The notes under the pieces were generated by a model that saw only the letters and a list, made by a program, of their open reading frames with translations, ran no database searches and was not told where the DNA came from. 64,000 bases of DNA from an uncultured Planctomycetaceae bacterium (GTDB lineage Bacteria > Planctomycetota > Planctomycetia > Isosphaerales > Isosphaeraceae): NCBI GenBank assembly GCA_963816015.1, contig CAWFJM010000039.1, positions 34,605 to 98,604 on the forward strand, given 5' to 3'. How positions within the stretch are numbered: the first letter of the stretch is position 1; the number at the start of each line of letters is the position of its first letter. The translations under genes were made by a program, and so were the position numbers. Below are positions 1 through 8,870 of this stretch, piece after piece.

Positions 1-2
1 TG

Positions 3-1151
3 CACCTGCTGCCCGACATCTGGGCGGACCTGGTCGCCGCTGGGTTCGAGAGCGGCCACGCCTACGGCAAGGCGGTGCGCACCGTCAAGAGCTGCGTTGG
101 CTCGACCTGGTGCCGCTATGGCGTGCAGGACTCCGTCGGCTTCGCCATCCGGGTCGAGACCCGGTATCGAGGCATCAGGGCGCCGCACAAGGTCAAGGCG
201 GCGGTCTCCGGCTGCATCCGCGAGTGTGCCGAGGCGCAGAGCAAGGACTTCGGCCTGATCGCCACCGAGAAGGGCTGGAACCTTTACGTCTGCGGCAACG
301 GAGGCGCCCATCCCCGCCACGCCGACCTGCTCGCCGCCGACCTCGACGAGGAGACGGCGCTCAAGTACGTCGATCGCTTCCTCATGTACTACATCCAGAC
401 GGCCGACCGCCTCACCCGTACCTCGGTCTGGCTCGAGAAGATGGAGGGGGGGATCGAGTTCCTGAGAGACGTCATCGTCAACGACCGGCTGGGCATCTGT
501 GATGAGCTGGAGCGGCAGATCCAGGCGCTCGTGGACACGTACGAGTGCGAGTGGAAGACGGTCGTGAGCGATCCCGAGAAGAAGCGGTTCTTCCAGCAGT
601 TCGCCAACACCGACCTCGCGGAACCGGGTGTGGAATTCGTGACCGAGCGAGGCCAGAAGCGCCCCGCCGACTGGCCCGCGGAATTCGTGCCACTTGCCCG
701 GTTGACGCAGCCCCAGGTTCCCTCGCCGGCGCCGGCGAGTGAGGCCAGGCCGTCTCGCTGGGTGCAGGTCGGGCGGGTCGAAGACTTCCCTGCCGACGCA
801 GGCCGCACCGTGAAGTGCGGCCCGTCCCAGATCGCCGTCTTCCGGTTCGCCAGCCGCGGCGAGTGGTACGCCTGTCAGAACCTCTGCCCGCACAGGCGCG
901 AGATGGTCCTGGCACGGGGCATCCTCGGCGACCAGCAGGGGACGCCCAAGGTCGCCTGCCCGCTGCACAAGAAGACGTTCTCGCTCGAGTCCGGAGCTTG
1001 CTTGAGCGGTGAGGATTACCGGCTGCAGGTCTTCCCGGTCAAGGTCGAGGCGGACTCCGTCTACCTTGGATTTCCGGCCGAAGCGGATCTCGAACCGCCG
1101 AGTCATCTCGAGCGCCTCTGCACCGAGTCTTGTGCCGTCCCCTGTTCCTGA
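3..1151 (+). CDS. nirB: NAD(P)H nitrite reductase large subunit, C-terminal part, fused to a NirD-like Rieske domain (5' end outside window)
   Basis: GFESGHAYGKAVRTVKSCVGSTWCRYG and VSGCIRECAEA siroheme/4Fe-4S motifs; C-terminal CPH...CPLHK Rieske motif in the same frame. Confidence 0.93.
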   Translation, partial: HLLPDIWADLVAAGFESGHAYGKAVRTVKSCVGSTWCRYGVQDSVGFAIRVETRYRGIRAPHKVKAAVSGCIRECAEAQSKDFGLIATEKGWNLYVCGNGGAHPRHADLLAADLDEETALKYVDRFLMYYIQTADRLTRTSVWLEKMEGGIEFLRDVIVNDRLGICDELERQIQALVDTYECEWKTVVSDPEKKRFFQQFANTDLAEPGVEFVTERGQKRPADWPAEFVPLARLTQPQVPSPAPASEARPSRWVQVGRVEDFPADAGRTVKCGPSQIAVFRFASRGEWYACQNLCPHRREMVLARGILGDQQGTPKVACPLHKKTFSLESGACLSGEDYRLQVFPVKVEADSVYLGFPAEADLEPPSHLERLCTESCAVPCS

Positions 1152-1192
1152 CCTTTCTGTCCCCCAGCATCCGATTCCGGAGACGATGACCG

Positions 1193-2407
1193 ATGGATTT
1201 TCGCGACTTCCGCCGCGCCGGCCATGCGCCCACCTTGCTCAGCGCGTTTCTCTATTTCGACGTCAGCTTCATGGTCTGGATCCTCCCCGGTGCGCTGGCG
1301 AACTCGATCGTGCCCGAGTTTGGCCTTTCGGACTCTCAGAAGGGCCTGATGGTGGCCGTGCCGCTCCTGGGAGGGGCTCTCCTTCGCCTGGCCCTGGGCC
1401 TCTTGACCGATCACATCGGGGCCCGTCGCACCGGCATCCTGGGCATGTCATTGACGACGTTGCCCCTCCTTCTGGGCTGGCTCTGGGCCGACAGCTTCGA
1501 CAGACTCCTGCTGGTGGGCCTGCTTTTGGGGGTGGCGGGGGCCAGCTTCGCCGCCGCTTTGCCGCTGGCCAGCCGGTGGTATCCGGCCCGATACCAGGGA
1601 CTGGCGATGGGGATCGCGGGGGCCGGGAACAGCGGGACCGCGCTGGCCACGTTCTTCGGACCCAGGCTGGCACAGGTCTGGGGCTGGCACGCGGTCTTCG
1701 GGATGGCCCTCGTGCCGCTGCTGGCGACCCTGGCTCTGTTCTTGGTCTTCGCCAAGGACAGCCCGCACCAGCCGGCGCCGCGGTCGCTGGCCGAATACGC
1801 CGCCGTGCTGCGGATGCGCGACACCTGGTGGTTCTGCCTGTTCTACGCGATCACCTTCGGCGGCTTCGTTGGCCTGGCCAGCTTCCTGAACCTCTTCTTC
1901 CTCAGCCAGTACGGCCTGACCCGGGTTCAGGCGGGCAGCTTCACCACCCTTTGTGTCGTCGCCGGCTCGGCCCTCCGACCGTTTGGAGGCTATCTCGCCG
2001 ACCGAATGGGGGGCGTCCGGGTGCTGACGCTGCTCTACATCGGCGTGGGCGCGGTGATGCTCGGTCTCTCATCCCTTCCCTCGCTGGCCGCTGGTACGTT
2101 CTTGCTGCTCGCGATCATGGCGATCCTGGGTATGGGCAACGGCGCCGTCTTTCAGCTTGTCCCGAACCGGTTCCCCAAGGAGATTGGCGTCACGACAGGC
2201 ATCATCGGCGCCGCAGGAGGCCTGGGCGGATTCGTCTTGCCGACCCTGATGGGCAGCCTCAAGGAGCTGACTGGCAGCTTCAGCGGCGGATTCCTGGCCT
2301 TCGCCCTCGTGGGCGGCTTTGGCGGCGCTGCGGCGCTGGCCTATGCCAGCCGGGGATGGCAGGGTATCTTCATCGGCAGAAGTGGCCTGGCGCTTGAGAG
2401 TGCCTGA
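1193..2407 (+). CDS. narK: NarK/NasA-family nitrate/nitrite MFS transporter
   Basis: Nitrate-signature motifs GVAGASFAAALPLAS and GMGNGAVFQLVP; follows nirB. Confidence 0.92.
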   Translation: MDFRDFRRAGHAPTLLSAFLYFDVSFMVWILPGALANSIVPEFGLSDSQKGLMVAVPLLGGALLRLALGLLTDHIGARRTGILGMSLTTLPLLLGWLWADSFDRLLLVGLLLGVAGASFAAALPLASRWYPARYQGLAMGIAGAGNSGTALATFFGPRLAQVWGWHAVFGMALVPLLATLALFLVFAKDSPHQPAPRSLAEYAAVLRMRDTWWFCLFYAITFGGFVGLASFLNLFFLSQYGLTRVQAGSFTTLCVVAGSALRPFGGYLADRMGGVRVLTLLYIGVGAVMLGLSSLPSLAAGTFLLLAIMAILGMGNGAVFQLVPNRFPKEIGVTTGIIGAAGGLGGFVLPTLMGSLKELTGSFSGGFLAFALVGGFGGAAALAYASRGWQGIFIGRSGLALESA

Positions 2408-2469
2408 GGACTGTGTACCTCGCGGCGGCCCAAGCCGGCCACGAACGATTACCCTGAGGCTGCCGATCC

Positions 2470-3333
2470 ATGGCGCACCCTTCCGAATCGACTCCGCTGG
2501 CCGGTCTCCGCGTGGCGATCTTCGAATCGCGGATGGCGGAGGCGACGGCCGACATGATCCGGAAACACGGCGGCATTCCACTCTTGGCCCCCGCGCTGCG
2601 GGAGATCCCCCTGGGAGACAGCCCCGAGGTGGCCGCCTTCGCCGATGAGTTGACCTCCGGCGGCTTCGATGCCGTGATCTTCGAGACCGGCGTCGGGGTC
2701 CGGTACCTGGCCCAGGCCATCGAGACCCGCCTGCCGCGCGAGACCTGGCTGGCGGCCCTGGCCCGAACCCGGGTCGTGGCGCGCGGGCCCAAGCCGGCGT
2801 CGGCCCTGCGGGAGCTTCAGGCTCGGGTCGATCTGCAGGTTCCCGAGCCCAACACCTGGCACGAGACACTTGCTCTCCTCGACAGCCAGCTCCCGGTCGA
2901 CGGTCGTCGCGTGGCCGTGCAGGAATACGGGAAGCCCAACCTCGAGTTGATCGAGGGACTGGAGCGGCGCGGGGCGATCGTCACCCGGGTTCCAGTCTAC
3001 CGCTGGGCCCTCCCCGATGATCTCGGGCCCCTCCGCGCAGCGATCGGCGAGATTGCCGCGGGGCGAGTCGGTACAGCGCTTTTCACCTCGGCCCAGCAGG
3101 TCGAGCACCTGCTCCAGATCGCCTCGGCCGAAGGCTGCGAGGCCGAGCTCCGCACGGCACTAAAGACGCACATGGTGATCGGCTCGATCGGCCCGACAAC
3201 GTCCGAGACCCTTCGATCGCACGGCCTGCCGGTCGACATCGAGCCCGACCACCCCAAGCTCGGCCATCTGGTCGCCGCTGTCGCCGCAAGGTGGCGGAAC
3301 ACCGGCAAGGCCGGACCAAGCTCCCTGCCTTGA
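2470..3333 (+). CDS. hemD: Uroporphyrinogen-III synthase (HemD family)
   Basis: VARGPKP, VAVQEYG, VPVYRW, FTSA and IGPTTSETL motifs; fits siroheme supply for nirB. Confidence 0.88.
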   Translation: MAHPSESTPLAGLRVAIFESRMAEATADMIRKHGGIPLLAPALREIPLGDSPEVAAFADELTSGGFDAVIFETGVGVRYLAQAIETRLPRETWLAALARTRVVARGPKPASALRELQARVDLQVPEPNTWHETLALLDSQLPVDGRRVAVQEYGKPNLELIEGLERRGAIVTRVPVYRWALPDDLGPLRAAIGEIAAGRVGTALFTSAQQVEHLLQIASAEGCEAELRTALKTHMVIGSIGPTTSETLRSHGLPVDIEPDHPKLGHLVAAVAARWRNTGKAGPSSLP

Positions 3334-3370
3334 CCGTCGATGGGTCCTGGACGATCATCCGAGACGGGCG

Positions 3371-3496
3371 AAAGGTGTCAGGAACCGTTGTCAGACGGGG
3401 GAAAGGTGTAAGGAACCATTGGCAGGGGAATCGGCTGTCCCCTGGGGCAAAGGCTGCCGAGCGACGCTACCATTGTCAATAAACGGTTCCCGACAC
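3371..3496. repeat. REP-like repeat cluster: AAAGGTGTCAGGAACC (3371), AAAGGTGTAAGGAACC (3402) and an inverted copy GGTTCCCGACAC(CTTTT) split by IS4
   Basis: Direct reading; the inverted copy is completed at 5055-5070 after the IS. Confidence 0.75.
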
Positions 3497-5054
3497 GAAT
3501 CGCGCTTCATTAACGCTAACCTCTGTTCTCTGTTTGAGATAGACAAAGACGGCCTCTCTTAGGAAAACCTTGGGGTATGTCCCAATCCCAGGTTCGTTCG
3601 GCAAGGAGGCCGTCGATGTCCCAGAGTATCTGTCGGCGGATTCGTGACCAGATCAATTTGCTTCGCGACCAGCCCCATCTCCCCTTCAGCGACCTGCTGG
3701 ACGCGGACTTGGTCGGGGAAGTACTGGGGGAGGAAGGCGTCCATTACCGGGAACGGATCTTCAGCCCATTAGTGACCCTCTGGACCTTCCTGACGCAGGT
3801 GCTCAGCCTCGACCATTGTTGCCGCAAGGCCGTGGCATGCTTGATCGCCTACCGCACCGCACGGGGCCAGGACCCCTGCTCGGCCGACAGTGGCAGCTAC
3901 TGCAAGGCGCGGCAGCGGCTGCCCATCGGTGTCATCACCGGGTTGGTTCACCGCACGGCCCAAGCCCTCGAAGAGCGAGTGCCGGAGGACTGGCTCTGGA
4001 AGCGTCGGGAGACCTTGATGGTCGACGGCTCCACGGTCTCGATGCCCGACACGCCGGAGAACCAGCAGGCCTTCCCCCAGGCCAGGACTCAGGCCTCCGG
4101 CGTCGGTTTCCCCATCGCCCGAGTGGTCGCGATCATTAGCCTGGCCACCGGGGTGTTGCGCGATCTGGCCATCGGTCCTTACAAGGGGAAAGAGACCGGC
4201 GAGACAGGTTCTCTTACGCGACCTCCTGGATCGCCTCAAAGGTGGCGAGGTGCTGCTGGGAGACCGCTGTTTTGCCTCGTATTTCGGCATCAATTCGCTG
4301 GTGGAGCGTAGGGTGGATGGCCTCTTCCGGATGCACCAGCGACGCAAGTTCGACTTCCGCAAGGGTCGATCGCTGGGCATCGAAGATCACATCGTGACCT
4401 GGACCAAGCCCGGACGTCCGGAATGGATGGACGAGGAGGCCTACGCTCAGGTTCCCGAGGGGATGACGGTCCGCGAGCTTCGGTTCAAGGTTCAGAAGCC
4501 CGGCTTCCGGATCAACGAGTTAGTGTTGGTGACCACCATGCTCGACGCGGAGGAGTACACGAGGGAGGAACTGGCCCGGCTTTACTTTGAAAGATGGAAC
4601 ATCGAATTAGATCTACGCGCGATCAAATGTATCATGCAGATGGATGTGCTGCGGTGCGAAACGCCCGGGATGGTGAAGATGGAGATCCGGATGCACTCGC
4701 TCGCTTACAACTTAATACGTGGGGTCATGGCGGCGGCGGCCCAGGCCCATGGGAAGGCACCCAGGCAGATCAGCTTCGCGGGAACGCTGCAGACCATGGC
4801 GGCATTCCGCGAGGTGTTGAACTGGGCCCCGCCGGAAACTGCGCCGTCTGCTTGTAGAGGTCATGCTCCATGCCATCGCCAGCCATGAGGTTGGCAACCG
4901 GCCCGGCCGCGTCGGAATTGCGCGATCAGCAAGCCACTCCAAATCTGCCGCTGCGACAAACTACATATCAATCTGCATGACCGAGCTCGGCGCACAAGTA
5001 GCGCGTAACCCTGTAGAATGCAGGCCGCTTAACGGTTAAGCTTAAGCGCCATTC
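3497..5054 (+). mobile_element. IS4-family insertion sequence; transposase ~3616-4950 with frameshifts
   Basis: DDE motifs VDGST, LGDR, ERWNIELDLR; imperfect IRs GAATCGCGCTT / AAGCGCCATTC; flanking direct repeat GTTCCCGACAC (3486-3496, 5055-5065). Confidence 0.9.
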
Positions 5055-5065
5055 GTTCCCGACAC

Positions 5066-5163
5066 CTTTTCATCTCCGCCTTCTCGTGCCGCGCCACCAG
5101 GGCCCCGAACGATTCACGATCGCCCTGCAGCACCAGCCGTACGATGTCGGCATCCGCCTTCAT
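5066..5163 (-). pseudogene. N-terminal stub of an ECF sigma-70 factor
   Basis: MKADADIVRLVLQGDRESFGALVARHE resembles an ECF N-terminus; it ends at the REP copy. Confidence 0.6.
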
Positions 5164-5299
5164 GGGGCCGTCCCCCGCCTTCATGGGGCCGTCCCCGCGT
5201 CCCGATCGGCTTCCTCTCAAAGTAAGAGGCGCCGCGGCGGGAAATGCGACCGAAATCCGCAGAGCGACACGGATCTTCCCGGGAACCGATCGGTCGTGC

Positions 5300-5968
5300 T
5301 CAATAGATGAAGGGGATCATCCGCCAGGTCCGGCGGCGGTACGCCGCATACTCGTCGCCGAACTCCGTGAGCAGGAGGGCCTCCTCCTTCCCCACGACCC
5401 AGCCAAAGGAGAGGGCAAGCAGCAGCATCAGAACAAGTCCGATCGCGCTGCGGAAGACGAGGACCCAGCCGATCCCGCCCAGGTACGCTCCGAGGTAGCT
5501 GGGGTGCCGGATGTATCGATAAAAGCCCGTGGTCACGAGCTGGTGCTGCTCCTGGCTTGCCAGCGGCCAGGTGAAGCGACGGCCCAGGACGAACATGGGC
5601 CCCACCCTGAGCACGCAGCCGGCCGCGAGGAGCACGAGCCCAAGCCAGCGGACGACGTCTCCGTCCATAGTCCACAGGTCCCGTCGATCGGTTTCCGCGG
5701 GCAGCCAGGCCAGGAGCAGGCTGAACACGAGGACCGGAAGAAGGATCCAGCGGCCGTGGGCGTCGGGCCGCCTGAACCCCTCGGCGGTGGCGGAGGTGAA
5801 GGCCACGGCGATCGTCGCCAGCGCGACGACCGCGCAGGCGCAGGCCCGGGCCGGGTTGGCGATCAATGCCTCCCAGCCGCGCCAGCCCAGGGCGGGCAGG
5901 CCCAGAAAGAGAAGGCTCGAGACCACCATGATCAGGAGAATGCCCGGGTTCGGTCTCGAAGACGCCAT
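5300..5968 (-). CDS. Isoprenylcysteine carboxyl methyltransferase (ICMT/PEMT)-family membrane protein
   Basis: LVTTGFYRYIRHPSYLG and EEALLLTEFGDEYAAYRRRTWRMIP. Confidence 0.9.
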   Translation of the reverse strand: MASSRPNPGILLIMVVSSLLFLGLPALGWRGWEALIANPARACACAVVALATIAVAFTSATAEGFRRPDAHGRWILLPVLVFSLLLAWLPAETDRRDLWTMDGDVVRWLGLVLLAAGCVLRVGPMFVLGRRFTWPLASQEQHQLVTTGFYRYIRHPSYLGAYLGGIGWVLVFRSAIGLVLMLLLALSFGWVVGKEEALLLTEFGDEYAAYRRRTWRMIPFIY

Positions 5969-5977
5969 GTCGCGGTC

Positions 5978-6256
5978 CTATGCGTCGAAGTCCGGATCCC
6001 AGAGCCCGGCGGATGTGTCGTCATCGATCGCATGCGTCCTTCTGGCCCGGAGCATCCGGAAGAAGATGTCCGCCAGGAAGAGCGCAAGGACGGCAGCGGC
6101 CGCCAGCTCGCCCATGAGCGCCCCCGCGAACACGCCCACGATGCCGATCAGGACGCCGATCATCGGTGCGATCATCAGGCAGAGCAGCGCACGATAGAGC
6201 CAGTAGAGAACGCCCGGCGGCTGGGGACACGGCCGGGTCTTGGCAGTGGTTCCCAT
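5978..6256 (-). CDS. Small membrane protein, hypothetical
   Basis: 92 aa, two hydrophobic helices, ends 10 bp before the ICMT gene start. Confidence 0.6.
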   Translation of the reverse strand: MGTTAKTRPCPQPPGVLYWLYRALLCLMIAPMIGVLIGIVGVFAGALMGELAAAAVLALFLADIFFRMLRARRTHAIDDDTSAGLWDPDFDA

Positions 6257-6485
6257 GTGTCGGCTCCTGGACGGCCGTCAGAATGCGCGGAAGGGACTCG
6301 ACACATCGTCTCAACATGTCCCCCTGGCGTCCAGTCCGAGCCGACGGATCGTGAAGGGAGACGTCATGCTCGGGCGAGGCGGCGTTCAAGGCCCACGCGG
6401 ATGCGCAGGCCGGGCACGGCGGCCATGACGTCGAGCGACCTGACCAGGAGCATTCTGGGTCACCCCATGGGTGAACTCATCCGTT

Positions 6486-8363
6486 CTAGGCGGCGGTGAC
6501 GCCGATGGTGTTGACCGCGAAAAGCCCCGCATAGTCATTCGTGTCGGCGGTCTGATCGGTCTGTGTTGAGACCACGCCGCCGGTGATCGTTGCGGTGATG
6601 GTGCCGTTGCTCAGAACAGTGTCATGCCGGCTGCCGACAGGCTGAGCCCAGGCCGCAGGTCCCGTGGGCGCACCCGCAGATGACGTTGCGGATCGAGTAG
6701 TTCGGCGGCGTCGTATTGTTCGGGGGGTCAGGCCCGCGGGGGCCTGGTAGTTGGTGAAGACTCCCGGCGGAGTGCCGGGGCTCTGGGGCGCGGCACCGTA
6801 GTCCGGCGGTGGGGGCAGGCTGCCATCGCCGCCGAAGGGGGCGACGCTCGCGGCCAGCACCGCATCGATCAGGGCTCCATTGATCACGAGGTTGCTGATC
6901 GATCCATTGGGCAGGTATACGCCCTGGTCGGGCGTCGAGCCGATCGCGGCCGTCCCTGACCTTGCCGGCGATGATCCGCGTCGGGTAGCCGGAGGTGATC
7001 ACCGGTCGGGAAGCCCGACTTGACGTCGCCGCCGACCGTCAGGTTCGTGATGCTGGTTCCGGCGTCGATCTCGGAGTTGTAAATGGCGGTGACGCCGTCG
7101 GCTCCCACGGTGCCCGTGGTCGATCCCGTGCCCCCGCCGCCATTGATCGAAACCCCGGCCGTGATCCAGCTCCGGAAGATTCCGTGCGGAATGTCGATTT
7201 GACTGATATTCTTGACCACGTTGATATTGGCCGACTGCAAACCTCCCGGGTTACTGGTCCCACCCGAGATCAGGTTACTGGTCCCACCCAGGATATTGAA
7301 GCCATTGAGGTTCAGGCCCACACCCAGGTCGACGTGGTTGGGCGAACCCTGGCCGCGGAAGATGCCGCCCACGGTCATCGCGCCGAGGTCGCCACCCACG
7401 AGGATGCCGCTAGCCGCCGGGTTGACGAGTACATCGCCGCTGACCGTCAGACTTGACAGGTCGCGGCCGACCGCGAGCTCCCCACCCGAGTCAAGGATCA
7501 GCGAGCCTCCTATTGAGAACGAGCCCGTCTGGTCGCGGCCGATCGAGAACAGGCCGTTGTCGCTCAGGCTCATGTCATTCGTGATCTGGATCGGTGCCAC
7601 CGAATCTCCGACGACCACGAACTCTCCTCCGTCCATGGCCACGGTTCCGATCGTGATGGCACCCACGGTCTGTGGGGTCGTGGGCGCTGTGCCCGAACCT
7701 GTGCCGGTCGCCGTGATCGTCCCGGTCACGGTGCCGTTGATCGTCACCGAGCCGGTTCCGGAGGCTGAAGTCGAACTGTTGTTCGTGGGAACGGTCGTGC
7801 CATTGAGGTTGCCGGCGATGATCACGTGCCCGTTGGGACCGAGAAGAACCTGACCGACGCTCATCGCGTCCACGCTGCCGTTGACATCGATCTGAGCAGC
7901 GGGCCCTAGGACGCCGAAATCCAGCGTGGTCACTGACTGTGGTCAAGGGCGTCATCGTTCCATCCAGCTCCGCCGGAGTGGCCAAGATGCTGCCAATTTG
8001 CCCCGACTTGATGGTAAGGTTGTGGATCGTCAGAAGCTGATTGGCCATGGCCACGTGGTATCGGGGCCGGATCTGAGTGATCGTCAGCGTCGTCGACGTC
8101 GTGCTTCCCAGCACCTTCACGTCGATCTGCCCGTTCCCGGCGGGACTGACCTTCAAGACCGCCTGATCAGAAAGTTGGAGGGAGTAGATCCCCGAGGCGG
8201 TCGCGATGTTCCGAACGTGACTGAAGCCCGTGAAGACCGAGAGAAGTTGCCGGCCTTCAAGGGACTCGACGGCCGGCAGCGTACCGATCCGGCGGATCTG
8301 GTCGGATCGCCCTGCGCGGGCTCTCCCGATACCCCCGGAACCCTGACCCAATTTCCTAACCAT
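6486..8363 (-). CDS. Large Gly/Thr-rich extracellular protein with a Planctomycete export motif (split over several frames)
   Basis: RBS GAGGAAGGAG before ATG 8363; VESLEGRQLLS motif; beta-rich repeats continue through ORFs 7575-8501, 6884-7933, 6622-7002 and 6486-6887. Confidence 0.75.
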
Positions 8364-8870
8364 CGTCAGAACTCCTTCCTCCTCCGCGCTGCCTACCGCC
8401 TCTGGCGCCGGCCGGACACCACCCGCCCACGTTGCCCCGAGCCCCAAAGGGCAGCGGAGACCCCACGAGTCGCTCCCTGATCTCTTGTTTTGGTTTACCA
8501 TCGGATCGTGAGGCCCTCAGAATCAGTGATTGCCGAAAAAAGCGAAGATCCGGCACATATCGATCTCCTGCCAGGCCCCCCGCCGCTCGCCGTTTGGCCT
8601 TTCTGGGACGGAATCGTCGCCAAGCTAACCCGTGTGCCACCCGTTTCTTTGGCGATCTGGCTGACTGCGAGCGCCCCCGTCTGCATCGTGGCCGCCGGTA
8701 CAGGTCGAACGAGTCTAGACACGATGTCACCATGCAACCAATCATCAATACATGCGATCTAGCAGTCCCGGGCCACAACGAGACCGGGCACCACGAGAAC
8801 GAGCAGGAAGACCAGCGGATTCGCTGAGACGCGATTCCGGGATTGCGACCTGGAGTGAGGGGATCGTGTT

